64,000 nt of DNA, taken from positions 1 to 64,000 of IMG/VR virus record IMGVR_UViG_3300017766_004544; one strand, 5' to 3'. The translations under genes and the position numbers were made by a program. This DNA is from a virus (lineage: Duplodnaviria > Caudoviricetes). Shown here piece after piece: positions 8,472 to 17,928 of the stretch. A model generated the notes under the pieces. It saw nothing but the letters and a program-made list of their open reading frames with translations. It was not told the origin of the DNA and searched no databases. Within the stretch, counting starts at the first letter, position 1. Each line of letters starts with the position of its first letter.

Positions 8472-8730
8472 CCCGCTCGAGATCTACCGGTACTGGCGGG
8501 CTATGCAGGATGCGCATATTGCTTATCAGGACACCAAGACGGCGCTATTCATCATTGCCAGGGACAACGCCGGCATGACCAGCCTGGTGGATGCCGATGG
8601 CTGCCGCTGGAAGGTCAACGTCGGCTACGGACCCTCCCCCATCGTCACGGTGCAGGCCATTGCCCACTTGAGTGATACCAAGGGCGTTCCTGGGGCAGCG
8701 TCTGACGGCCCAGACGAGAGCGCCAAATAG
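8464..8730 (+). CDS. Hypothetical protein
   Basis: ATG 8464, coupled overlap. Confidence 0.55.
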   Translation: MSSPLEIYRYWRAMQDAHIAYQDTKTALFIIARDNAGMTSLVDADGCRWKVNVGYGPSPIVTVQAIAHLSDTKGVPGAASDGPDESAK

Positions 8731-8777
8731 ACATCACGTAGCAACTCGTTACATTACATACAGCAGCATGCTGGTGA

Positions 8778-9566
8778 GTGAGTGTCGCTACACGTTTTGA
8801 GGTAGACGGCACTCGCTTCTACAGGTCCGGCGACGACCCCAACAAGGCCTACGCCTCGGTCACCGCGATCCTCGGCAAGACAGCATCAGAGCACAGCAAG
8901 AAAGCGCTCTACAACTGGGGCCTGAAGAACCCGGGTGGCAAGGAAGCGGCTGCTGCTCGAGGTACCGCCGTGCACTACGCCTGTGAGCGTTACATCCGCG
9001 GCCTGCCCACCGAGATCCCCGACGAATACCGTCCGTTCTGGGATGGTCTGGCCAAGCATCTCGACAAGTACGACTACTTCCTGTGGAGTGAAAAGCCTCT
9101 GCGCCCAGAGTGGAAGTTCTGCTCCGGCGATGATGGCATCCATCGCATCTGGTCCCATGAGCATGGCTATGCCGGCTGCCCGGACCTAGTCGGTGTCCGC
9201 AATGGCGTCACGATCCTGGCTGACTTCAAGACATCCAACCAGCCGTACTGCCGCTTCTACCCCAAGGAGAAGGATCGCAGCAACTTCACCGGCTGGAACA
9301 AGTTCAACAAGTGCTCTGTCCAGTTAGCGGCCTACGCCCTGGCCTGCAAGGAAACCCTGGATCTCAAGATCGACTGCGCTCAGATCCTGGTCTCCACGCC
9401 TGAGATCGATCAATCCTTCTACCTCCATGGCGACGACCTGGTGCACTACCGCATCAAGTGGCTGCAGAAAGTCCGCAAGTACTACGAACTGATCGAGCAG
9501 GAAAAGCTTGAGCGTGAACAGCAGGAATCCATGGCCGGCGACTGCAAGATCCTTCAGTCCGCCTGA
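8778..9566 (+). CDS. PD-(D/E)XK exonuclease (Cas4/lambda-exo-like)
   Basis: SVTAIL, RGTAVH, YAGCPDL, ADFKTS, QLAAYA motifs. Confidence 0.88.
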   Translation: MSVATRFEVDGTRFYRSGDDPNKAYASVTAILGKTASEHSKKALYNWGLKNPGGKEAAAARGTAVHYACERYIRGLPTEIPDEYRPFWDGLAKHLDKYDYFLWSEKPLRPEWKFCSGDDGIHRIWSHEHGYAGCPDLVGVRNGVTILADFKTSNQPYCRFYPKEKDRSNFTGWNKFNKCSVQLAAYALACKETLDLKIDCAQILVSTPEIDQSFYLHGDDLVHYRIKWLQKVRKYYELIEQEKLEREQQESMAGDCKILQSA

Positions 9567-9616
9567 TAGGCCGCCAGGCAGGGAATTCCTAGACTTCGTA
9601 GACATGCAGCATTTGG

Positions 9617-9934
9617 ATGCTGTCGACACAAACCAGGCTGCGCGTTGAATTCATCTGCGATCGAATTGCCAAGGGAGCCGCAGTCGAACTCAGCGACATG
9701 ACCTGGCTGCAGAAGCTGGCTTCCCTGAATCCCACTGTCGACAGCTGGCTGCGCAAGGCACGCCGCTCGGCCATCCAAGGCGATTCACAGGAGGGCAGCC
9801 TCGATGCCTTTTGCCAGGCCCTCGACCTGGGCGAACCCGACCCCAGCGATCACTTGGTTGGACCTCAAGATCCGACCACCCTCGCGAACTGGTTCAGTAG
9901 CAAGCAGAAGTGGTTCCGCGGCCAGGCGGGTTAA
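9617..9934 (+). CDS. Conserved cyanobacterial/cyanophage hypothetical protein
   Basis: MLSTQTRLRVEFICDRIAKG...WLQKLA...WLRKARR. Confidence 0.8.
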   Translation: MLSTQTRLRVEFICDRIAKGAAVELSDMTWLQKLASLNPTVDSWLRKARRSAIQGDSQEGSLDAFCQALDLGEPDPSDHLVGPQDPTTLANWFSSKQKWFRGQAG

Positions 9935-11358
9935 CGGAAGAACAGTCCCCCGGCTTCGCTGATCCCCAGATCAGGCACCGTGAACCCGCCGATCTTCCAG
10001 CGGCCGCCACGCCGACGTGCCGCCTCTGCTCTGAGCAGCTGGGGGTCCGCGCTTGGACCCTGGGCGCCGAAGGCACCGGGGTCTTGATGGCGCTCAACAG
10101 CAACCTGACGGCGCGACGGCTTGCTACTGCCACCCAGCTGAGAGACGACCGCTACGGGGTTGGCGGTACGCACAGCTCCAGCGGCAATGGGCAGAGCTTT
10201 CGACGCGACCTGAGGTGCCATGCGCTGCAGGGTCCCTGTTCCCAGACCCACTAGAGGGGCTGCAAGGGTCCCAGCCAGGTATTCCTTAGCTACCTGCTCT
10301 CCCGCCTTGCGGACGTTTCCAGTCTCAACGGCATTGCGAAATTCTGGGTCAAACAATGGGACGGATCCGGCGATATCCGTCGTGGCAGTAGCCCCGGTTC
10401 GGACCGCGCCAGTCAACCGGCTCAAGTCGCGTGCACTTCTGGCCTCAGCCGCTTGATCCAGCACTTGTCGCAGGGCAGCGGGCGATTCCAGGACTCGCGG
10501 GGCAATCCGAGCTGGAGGATTCGACAGCGCACCCACCCTGTCCTTGTATGGGAAGAACTCCTCGTCGGCCCATCCACGACCCACGTTGACTTGGCCCTGC
10601 ATGGCCGCATCCGATAGGTCGGCAGCATGAATCATTCCATCGGTCACGCCACGCTGCGGGCGATACTGACCCTTGGCTACCGCATCGTCGTAGCCCTTGC
10701 GCAAGGCAGTCGCAAAGTCTTCCCCTCTAGTCCTGGCAGTATTGACATCCTCTGGCGACACCTCTCTTGTATTGCGTAGGTCGACAGATGGCATGAACCC
10801 TTGCGCAGGGTCGTACCCACCAGCTCCTTGAAAGAAGGTATAGTCACCCTTACTGAAACGATCCTCCGCAACCTTCATCAGTCTGCTGAGATCTGCTTGC
10901 TGAGCCGTTATCTTCTGAGCAACGGCTGCATCCCATCCATATTCACCTCCAGCCTCGAAGTCATCCGGTGTCGCTCCCATGCTGACGGCGCGATCTCTGC
11001 GCTGATCGAAGTGATTCTTGTCCTCCATCCCCCCGTAGTTCACGAACGAGCTTGGCCTAGCGTCACCAGCTTCGCCTGAGACGCCTTCCCTGTAGCTCGG
11101 AGGGCTCCCATGGATTGCTCCGGAACCATAGAGCTTGTCAAAAGCTGCATGGTCGTGAACATTCTGAAGCAGCTCTCCGTAAATAGTGGCCGGAATATTG
11201 CCACGGCGATGCCCTGCATCGTGCAATGGAAATGGTGCGTTCTCCAGGGGAGGCTGCACATCGAGGCCGTATGGCTCGACGAACTCACCAGCCAACCCCA
11301 TGATGTCCACTGAGCGCACGCGACGAGCACGATCTAGCGCTTCTTCCCGACCAGGCAC
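9931..11358 (-). CDS. Putative internal virion protein
   Basis: 475-aa A/G-rich ORF, late orientation, TAGGAT box upstream. Confidence 0.65.
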   Translation of the reverse strand: MPGREEALDRARRVRSVDIMGLAGEFVEPYGLDVQPPLENAPFPLHDAGHRRGNIPATIYGELLQNVHDHAAFDKLYGSGAIHGSPPSYREGVSGEAGDARPSSFVNYGGMEDKNHFDQRRDRAVSMGATPDDFEAGGEYGWDAAVAQKITAQQADLSRLMKVAEDRFSKGDYTFFQGAGGYDPAQGFMPSVDLRNTREVSPEDVNTARTRGEDFATALRKGYDDAVAKGQYRPQRGVTDGMIHAADLSDAAMQGQVNVGRGWADEEFFPYKDRVGALSNPPARIAPRVLESPAALRQVLDQAAEARSARDLSRLTGAVRTGATATTDIAGSVPLFDPEFRNAVETGNVRKAGEQVAKEYLAGTLAAPLVGLGTGTLQRMAPQVASKALPIAAGAVRTANPVAVVSQLGGSSKPSRRQVAVERHQDPGAFGAQGPSADPQLLRAEAARRRGGRWKIGGFTVPDLGISEAGGLFFR

Positions 11359-11418
11359 TACAGGACTTATTGCACTCTGCCCATCCTAAGAAGCCCACTA
11401 CAGCCAGGAACTTTGGGC

Positions 11419-11706
11419 TCACCAGCTCCAGTTACAGCTCCAATAGCCCGGCGTAGTCCTGTCGTTTTTCTCTGTGCAGTTGTGCCTTCTCTTGAAGTCC
11501 TCCCTTCGCTCTTCATCGCCGTGCCCGCCTTCGCCGCGAGGGCCATTGCGGTAGTTCTCCATGCTTGGATCACCAAACCTGACGATCTTGTCCTCTCCCT
11601 CATCGTCCTTGACCAGGACTGCAAACTTCTTGCTGTCGCCCGGGGTGCGCTTGGGCTTGTTGTAGCCCTGGAAGACTTCGCCGGCGTATCGGATTGACTC
11701 AGCCAT
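11419..11706 (-). CDS. Small conserved viral protein
   Basis: KKFAVLV..VRFGD..RRHNC..GYWSC pattern widespread in phage genomes. Confidence 0.8.
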   Translation of the reverse strand: MAESIRYAGEVFQGYNKPKRTPGDSKKFAVLVKDDEGEDKIVRFGDPSMENYRNGPRGEGGHGDEERREDFKRRHNCTEKNDRTTPGYWSCNWSW

Positions 11707-12146
11707 CAGACCGCCCCCGCATAGTTTGCCTGCTCTACTTCGGCCCTTGGCTGACTTAATGCAGAAAGTGCATACACCCCACCCAGTGCGGCCAGAGCAG
11801 GGAGCCCATACCGCATGGCCATGCGTCTACCGCTTGGCGCCTGCGGGACCGGTGCTACCTCCAGCTCCTCTACCGCGGCTTGCGCAGCAGCCAGCGCAGG
11901 CAGCGTGGAATACAGCGGCCTTGCGCCCCAGGCCCGATTGCGAGCATTCTCCGGCTCAGGATTCTTAGATCTGACCGCGCCGTAGACCTGCCGCTGCGCA
12001 GACTGCACGGCATCTTCGTGCTCGATCCCCAGCTGCCTGGCCTTGGCATAGGCCAGCGAATAGTTGTACCGGGCTGGATCCAGCGGGTAGTCCCAGTCCA
12101 GCTCCGCCGCCTCGCCCGTCCAGCCCCAGCTGCCTAGAGGATCCAT
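11706..12146 (-). CDS. Hypothetical protein with C-terminal hydrophobic helix
   Basis: 146-aa ORF. Confidence 0.6.
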   Translation of the reverse strand: MDPLGSWGWTGEAAELDWDYPLDPARYNYSLAYAKARQLGIEHEDAVQSAQRQVYGAVRSKNPEPENARNRAWGARPLYSTLPALAAAQAAVEELEVAPVPQAPSGRRMAMRYGLPALAALGGVYALSALSQPRAEVEQANYAGAV

Positions 12147-12556
12147 CAGCCGTTGCCCTCTTTCTTCGGTATCGCTCGACGACGCTCGCCAACGTACCGA
12201 CCGTGTCGATAATTGGGGTGCCTTTCTCCGCGCTCCTCCCTGAGCCTGTTCCAGTCAAAACTATTTGAGCTCTTGTCGCCTAAATACAGATTAGATACGC
12301 AGTTGTTAAGTGGATCATCATCTTTGTGACAGACCAGAACCTCCTTCTCTTCTGGGTTCAAGCCTAGATAGGTGACGGCAACGAGACGATGCACCGTGCA
12401 GCGCACCTTCCGACCTAGGCCAACCATCAGATACCCCTTGTTACTTGCCATCACCCACGGCTTCAAGGGCTCAGTCTTTCCCTTGCGACGCACCGACCCT
12501 CGTGACGAGACCTCGTATCCCAGGTGGAGAGGGCAGTCCTTCCAAGTCTCGCGCAT
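12146..12556 (-). CDS. NUMOD4-HNH endonuclease
   Basis: ETWKDCP..GYEVSSRG..GY..VHRLVA..CHKDDDPLNNCVSNL. Confidence 0.88.
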   Translation of the reverse strand: MRETWKDCPLHLGYEVSSRGSVRRKGKTEPLKPWVMASNKGYLMVGLGRKVRCTVHRLVAVTYLGLNPEEKEVLVCHKDDDPLNNCVSNLYLGDKSSNSFDWNRLREERGERHPNYRHGRYVGERRRAIPKKEGNG

Positions 12557-12684
12557 CACTTCTTACCCTCCTTCTGAGGCACACAGGCTGGCACCTTCCT
12601 GCCGTCCTTCTGCTTGAAGCCGATCGCCTCGTAGCCCTTCCAGCAGGCTTCCTTGAGTTTGTCGCCAGCTTTGCGTACGGCCAT
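12556..12684 (-). CDS. 42-aa basic microprotein (CWKGY..G.K.K.GRKVP.CVP motif)
   Basis: Manual translation MAVRKAGDKLKEACWKGYEAIGFKQKDGRKVPACVPQKEGKK; TGATG overlap with HNH; not in ORF track. Confidence 0.8.
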   Translation of the reverse strand: MAVRKAGDKLKEACWKGYEAIGFKQKDGRKVPACVPQKEGKK

Positions 12685-12686
12685 CG

Positions 12687-13100
12687 TCAGCTATACAGCA
12701 AGGGCGCAGTCATGCCAGACGACGGGAATGCACGCAGGCGATACTCTTCCAGTTGCGCATCACGCTCCCGCTCCTCGCCCACCACGTCACGGATGACCGG
12801 CATGTTCGAGTAGTCGCCATCTTGTGCTCCGTCGTAGAGCAGGTCCATGGCGACAGAACCCAGGCCACCGGGACCTTCCGCTTTCTGCAGGAAGCCAGGG
12901 AGTTCCTGGCCACCATCTGGATTGCGGAGCAGTCGCTGGCGCAGCCTCTCTTTCATGACTGGATCATTCGCATTGGGGATCCCCTCGAGATCCCGGCCCG
13001 GAATCTTCGGGTAGCCCAAATCGAAGCTGGGTGAACGTGCCACCAACTCAGCCATCGTTGCTGGGTCTCCGTACCCCAAAGCAGTCCCAGCTGTACGCAC
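12687..13100 (-). CDS. Hypothetical (putative virion) protein
   Basis: 137-aa ORF; TAGACT box upstream. Confidence 0.55.
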   Translation of the reverse strand: MRTAGTALGYGDPATMAELVARSPSFDLGYPKIPGRDLEGIPNANDPVMKERLRQRLLRNPDGGQELPGFLQKAEGPGGLGSVAMDLLYDGAQDGDYSNMPVIRDVVGEERERDAQLEEYRLRAFPSSGMTAPLLYS

Positions 13101-13142
13101 TGTGCTACTGATGCATTACTCGTAGTCTAAAGATCTACTGGA

Positions 13143-13721
13143 CTACTTCCCTCCAAGCATCTGACTCATTACGTCATCCATCACAGGTGAGAACTGTCCC
13201 TGTCCCGCCATCTTGGTTCTGCCGCCGAATGGATCAAGGCCGATCTCCCAGGCAGTGCCGCCTGTTCGGTTAATCCCTAGAGACGCCTCACGCAGCTGTT
13301 TCTCCCTGGCAGCGCGCACTCGCTCGAGAGCCCCAGGATTCGCCTCGAGGTACTGGGCATACTCAGGGTCCACCTGCGCAGCGTCCCCTGCTACTTGCAC
13401 TGAGCTCAAGTTGGGGACATTGATCTTCTTGAACCCAATGAACGCACTCGGCCCACCCTCGCCATACCCACCACGCAGCTCCAGCCGATTCCCGTCGGTG
13501 GCGTCGCCGACCGGGATCACTGCACGGCCCGTGACTGACTGGGTATCAACGTCGTAGCCAGCACTGAGATCAGTGCCGTACTGGTTCTTGTAACTCAACG
13601 CCGGAGCAATTCCCTGCTGCATCTGACCAGGCGGGGCTGCACCATTACCCATGCCGGGCGGCAGCATTCCACCCTTCCGCGGCAGCGTCAGCGGATCGAA
13701 CATGCCAGCAGGAGCACCCAT
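13143..13721 (-). CDS. Hypothetical (putative virion) protein
   Basis: 192-aa ORF; TAGACT box 23 nt upstream. Confidence 0.65.
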   Translation of the reverse strand: MGAPAGMFDPLTLPRKGGMLPPGMGNGAAPPGQMQQGIAPALSYKNQYGTDLSAGYDVDTQSVTGRAVIPVGDATDGNRLELRGGYGEGGPSAFIGFKKINVPNLSSVQVAGDAAQVDPEYAQYLEANPGALERVRAAREKQLREASLGINRTGGTAWEIGLDPFGGRTKMAGQGQFSPVMDDVMSQMLGGK

Positions 13722-13928
13722 TAGTCACGGCCTTATTACTTTCAGTCTATAAACTCTCGTTAGCATTTCTCTAGCAGCGGCGCACAACAGCTTGTGCATT
13801 CGCTGTCACCTGGGCACCGTGTGTGCTCATGAGATCCCGGCGTCACCAGGCCCGGGGTCTCATCGCCATGCCCAGCAGAGCCTCTCGCTGGCAGTGAGAA
13901 CAATTATCGCTCTCCCATAAAAGCCCAT

Positions 13929-13958
13929 AAAAAAGGCGGACCCCACCACAGAGTCCGC
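13929..13958 (-). terminator. Terminator after repressor
   Basis: Minus strand GCGGAC-loop-GTCCGC-CTTTTTT. Confidence 0.6.
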
Positions 13959-13997
13959 ACTGGTTCTTTCGCAAGCAAACCATACCACGCAAACAGC

Positions 13998-14627
13998 TCA
14001 CCCGATTGCCGTCCGCTTCGTGAAGGCCTCAATCACCGCAGCCTTCTGGTAGTTGCAGGCAATCCCAAAGGCCTCGGCCAGCTCCTCCTCGAATTCACCC
14101 GTGGTTGCCAGCAGCTTCAGGGCTTCGTCCGTTAGACCCAGCCGCTCACGGAACAGATCGCTGACACCCGCATCCTTGAGCTCTTCGATCGGCCACGTAT
14201 AGAGCGCGGGGCTCGCTACTTCAGCTTCTTTATGCGCCTGCAGCGATCCATCGACCCATCGCTCGCCGGCATCTTTTAGCGATGCCAGCAAACGAGGCAG
14301 ATCCAGCTGACCGGCCTCACTGCGGATCCAGCTCTCCACCTGCTCCACGCTGACCTCCGTGACGTATTTACCCGTCTGGTAGAAGGCATACAAGGCATCC
14401 AGCGTGACGCCCAGCTCCTGGGCCAGGAGCGCCTGGATACCAAGGCCCACGCGCAAGGGAGCGATATCGCCCCGCAGGTACTTGGTCAGTGAGCCGATTG
14501 TCACGTCGATCTTCGAGCACAGCCCCCGCTGGCTGAGCTGGCCGGACACCATCGCCTGGTTCAGGCAGCTAATGAATCGCTCGATTTGCTGCTTCTCGAT
14601 CGGCGTATGCGGGACGACCTTGGCCAT
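13998..14627 (-). CDS. XRE-family HTH regulator (repressor-like)
   Basis: LSQRGLCSKIDVTIGSLTKYLRG..LAQELGVTLDAL; divergent from primase. Confidence 0.75.
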   Translation of the reverse strand: MAKVVPHTPIEKQQIERFISCLNQAMVSGQLSQRGLCSKIDVTIGSLTKYLRGDIAPLRVGLGIQALLAQELGVTLDALYAFYQTGKYVTEVSVEQVESWIRSEAGQLDLPRLLASLKDAGERWVDGSLQAHKEAEVASPALYTWPIEELKDAGVSDLFRERLGLTDEALKLLATTGEFEEELAEAFGIACNYQKAAVIEAFTKRTAIG

Positions 14628-14844
14628 AGCTTCCCCCTTGGTTTTCGTACCTTACATATGCGTCGCAAGCTGTGCCGCACCGTATGCAAGTTCGTCATGC
14701 GTACGGCACAAACCCAGTCGTAGCCTGCTATTTCGTCCGGCACACAGTGCGCATACCGTCGCTCGGCGCTTGCGCGACAAGGCTTGCGTGAGGCGCTAGT
14801 GTGCGCGCCACTGCAGTCACGCCGCAAACCTGCAGGTCATCCGC

Positions 14845-17379
14845 ATGTCATCAGCCTCTCCCATCTGCTTCTCTGTTCACCCCTCGATCCGCAACAAGCC
14901 TCTCCACTGGCAGAACGACTTCGCCGCCAACTGGCAGTCCCGCGAAGGCTCCCTCCAGGACCTGCGTGATCATGTCACTGCCGGAGGTGCGTTCATCTCG
15001 GCGGCGATGAGCTCACAACACCGCAGTTCTGCTGCATTTCGCTACGCAGATCTGGCCGTCGTAGACGTCGACAACGGTCTCGATCTTGACGCCTTCCGCG
15101 CCCACCCCCTGGCAACCCATGCCTGCTTCGTCTACACCACGCACAGCCACCGCGACGACGCCCCTCGCTACCGGGTCATCTTCCGGTTGCCCAGGCGCAT
15201 GGACGATCCGGACCTCTACAAGGCCATCGTCACCATCTTGACCACGGCCCTGGGCGGCGACAAATCCTGCACCGATCCCTGCCGCCTGTTCTACGGCGCT
15301 GACAACGCCCAGGTCCCGCTCTGGCAGCCCGAGGCCCTGTTGCCCGACTCGATCATCCAGGACGCCAGGACCCAGGCCGAAGTCGCCTCTGCTCGTCACC
15401 GCCTAGACGCCTCCCTCTACGACGATCAGACCATCGGCCAGGCCTGCCATGTCCTGGAGCAGGTCCTCACACCCACAGAAGATGGCGAGCGCGATCGCTT
15501 CATCAAGGTGACCGCTGCAGCCTGCTCCGGCGGAGAGGCCGTGTTCCCGGCCTGGCAGAACTGGGCTTCCCGCTGCCATCACACCAGTGGCTACCGCAGC
15601 AAGCAGGGCACCGAGCGCTTCTTCTATTCCTTCCGCAATACCCGCTCCAGCCTGCTGACCCTCTTCTATCTGGCCATGCAGGAGGATCCCAGCTGGACCA
15701 AGACCCTGCCGGACGAGCTGCGCCAGAGCGCGTTTGCTCCACCCAAGAACCATGGTGCCGTTGGCTACGACCATGAGGACTTCCTCCATGGCGGCCAGGA
15801 CTCTCCCTATTCCTGGGATACGGGCCTGATCGATCCCAGTCCGCAAGCCGCCGACAACACGCCTGGGCTCTTTGATGCTGAGCGCCCCTGGTCGGCTATC
15901 GCAGCACCGCCGCCAGTACGGGCGCGCACCGCCGCACCGGCAGCTCCTCGCCTCGCTCCCCACGATCCGCTCGAGCTCCTCGATCCAGGCGACGACGACG
16001 AGGACCCCTTTGACGACGACAACGACCCCGGCTTCCAGTTCATCGATGGCGGCCATGTCCCGCCCGAGGATCGCCGTCCCGATCGCCCCGTCCCCGATGT
16101 CCCTCGCCGCAGGGGGAACGGCAACGTCCCGGAAGACACCGTTCGCGTCATCCGCGACCGCCTCAATGCCCTCTACCCGGGCCTGCGCCGCAACATGATG
16201 AATCAGGAGCTTGAGTACGGCCCGCTCGACTCGCCCCGGATTGTCGACGACATCACCACCGCCTACTGCCGCATCAGCCTCGGCACCGGCACCGTCTATC
16301 CCAAGACCACGGTGATCGATATCGCGGGCATCACCGCCTGGGAGAACCGCGTCCACCCCGTGCAGGCCTACCTCACCCACTGCGCCGGCACGGCCGAACC
16401 CTGCCCCTACTTCAAGACCCTGGCCAGCGAACTGCTGGGTCTTAAGGCGGATCCCCTGCTGAACCCATGTTTCACCCGTGGCCCCGAGAAGGGCCGGCTG
16501 CTGGCGGACGTGGTGCTCGAGCGCTTCCTGGTGGGCGCTGTCGCCCGTGTGCTCTCACCCGGCTGCGCGCATGACTGGATGCCGATCCTGATTGGCTCCC
16601 AGAACTGCGGCAAGACCAACTTCTTCCAATACATCACGCCCCCCTCGCCCTCGGATCCAGGCGTCTACCCCTGGGTCGCCACGATCCAGCAGGGGATCCG
16701 CGGCATCAAGGAGAAGCCCCACCTGCTCCATGCCGGCTGGTTTGTTGTCCTCGATGAGACCGAGCGCTACTTCCAGCGGGGCTACGTCGAGGAACTCAAG
16801 AACCTGGTCTCGGTGCCGGTGGATCGCTCCGCCCGCAAATACGAGAACGAGCGCAACTTCATGCGGGCCTTCGTGCTCTGCGGGGCCACCAACAGCGATG
16901 ACTTCTTCGTGGACCCCACCGGCAACAGGCGCTTCATGCCGATCGTCGTAGCCGGCAAGGTGCCCAGCCCGGACGACCCCAGCACCTTGATCATTGATCT
17001 CGACCGTCTCAAGCAAGACCGCGATGGGATCTGGGCAGCGGCCTACATGGCCTACCAGGACAACCCCGTCCACAACTTCAGCAGCGACGAGCTCAAGCAG
17101 ATCCGCGAGTACCAGGAGAACTTCCGCGTCGATAACCCCTTTGACGCCCGAATCCGCAGCGCCCTGAGCATCCGCCACTCGGGCGTCCACCAGGGCCGCA
17201 GCTTTGTCGTCCTCAGCGACCTGTACGAGTGGCTCGAGATCCCGGTCGATCGCCATAACAGCGTGAGGACCGCCATCACCGACACCCTTAAGAGCCTTGG
17301 CTACCAGCTCAAGCGGGTACGGATTGGGGGTGAGGCGCGGCGCATCTGGACGAAACCCGACGAGGGCATCGCCGCCTGA
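14845..17379 (+). CDS. Primase-helicase: AEP/primpol N-term, PriCT-like domain, acidic linker, VapE/VirE P-loop ATPase
   Basis: VVDVDNG, YTTHSH..PRYRVIF, DPCRLFYG; GSQNCGKT Walker A, VVLDE Walker B, DPTGNRRF. Confidence 0.9.
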   Translation: MSSASPICFSVHPSIRNKPLHWQNDFAANWQSREGSLQDLRDHVTAGGAFISAAMSSQHRSSAAFRYADLAVVDVDNGLDLDAFRAHPLATHACFVYTTHSHRDDAPRYRVIFRLPRRMDDPDLYKAIVTILTTALGGDKSCTDPCRLFYGADNAQVPLWQPEALLPDSIIQDARTQAEVASARHRLDASLYDDQTIGQACHVLEQVLTPTEDGERDRFIKVTAAACSGGEAVFPAWQNWASRCHHTSGYRSKQGTERFFYSFRNTRSSLLTLFYLAMQEDPSWTKTLPDELRQSAFAPPKNHGAVGYDHEDFLHGGQDSPYSWDTGLIDPSPQAADNTPGLFDAERPWSAIAAPPPVRARTAAPAAPRLAPHDPLELLDPGDDDEDPFDDDNDPGFQFIDGGHVPPEDRRPDRPVPDVPRRRGNGNVPEDTVRVIRDRLNALYPGLRRNMMNQELEYGPLDSPRIVDDITTAYCRISLGTGTVYPKTTVIDIAGITAWENRVHPVQAYLTHCAGTAEPCPYFKTLASELLGLKADPLLNPCFTRGPEKGRLLADVVLERFLVGAVARVLSPGCAHDWMPILIGSQNCGKTNFFQYITPPSPSDPGVYPWVATIQQGIRGIKEKPHLLHAGWFVVLDETERYFQRGYVEELKNLVSVPVDRSARKYENERNFMRAFVLCGATNSDDFFVDPTGNRRFMPIVVAGKVPSPDDPSTLIIDLDRLKQDRDGIWAAAYMAYQDNPVHNFSSDELKQIREYQENFRVDNPFDARIRSALSIRHSGVHQGRSFVVLSDLYEWLEIPVDRHNSVRTAITDTLKSLGYQLKRVRIGGEARRIWTKPDEGIAA

Positions 17380-17404
17380 TCACCCTCCTGAGTCCATATT
17401 CATT

Positions 17405-17432
17405 AGCCGCTCTTGCCACGGGCGGCTTTTTT
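17405..17432 (+). terminator. Rho-independent terminator
   Basis: AGCCGCTC-ttgccac-GGGCGGCT-TTTTT. Confidence 0.8.
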
Positions 17433-17679
17433 GTGGCTTCCTGCCGGCTCCGCTTATCAATCGAGCTGTAACGTCCCATAGTGAGACAGCTAGGTCTTGG
17501 ATATTCGGCACCCTGCCAGGGGGTTCGTCACGCTGTGATCCACTGCAGGAGAAGCCTTCTGCCAGATGTGCCGGTGGCGACGCCACTTCCCTATATTTCC
17601 TGGGATCAGGAGCGGCCAGGTCACGCCTGTTTCTCCCTCTTCCTGTGCCGGGCATCTCGCTACCGAGTTCGCTACACTT

Positions 17680-17870
17680 TGCGTACTAGACAATTTGAAG
17701 GGTTTGGTTCCCCTTAAAGAACCTAGAGGACGCCCCCTATCTATATAAAAAGAAGGAAAAAGACCGTCACGACCGTCACAGCCCTCCAAGTCCCTTCCAG
17801 CGCAGGCGATCTGAGCGTTCCGGTCAATTTGCCGATCCCCCGGGTACCGCCGGCACGACCGACACAGCAC
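17680..17870. other. Candidate replication origin
   Basis: A-rich tract 17740-17761, then GACCGTCAC x2 (17762-17779) and GACCGACAC (17857-17865), downstream of primase. Confidence 0.4.
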
Positions 17871-17928
17871 TCACAACGCCCCTAAAACGCAGCCCTGGCC
17901 TACGATCTGCACGCCACAGCATGCAGGA

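Noticed and set aside
8778-9566. CRISPR-associated Cas4
   Set aside because: No repeat-spacer array or other cas genes and no four-Cys Fe-S set; fits a stand-alone phage exonuclease
17380-17870. Genes in the post-primase spacer (17380..17655, 17490..17870)
   Set aside because: No motifs, atypical composition, and overlap with the terminator and candidate origin
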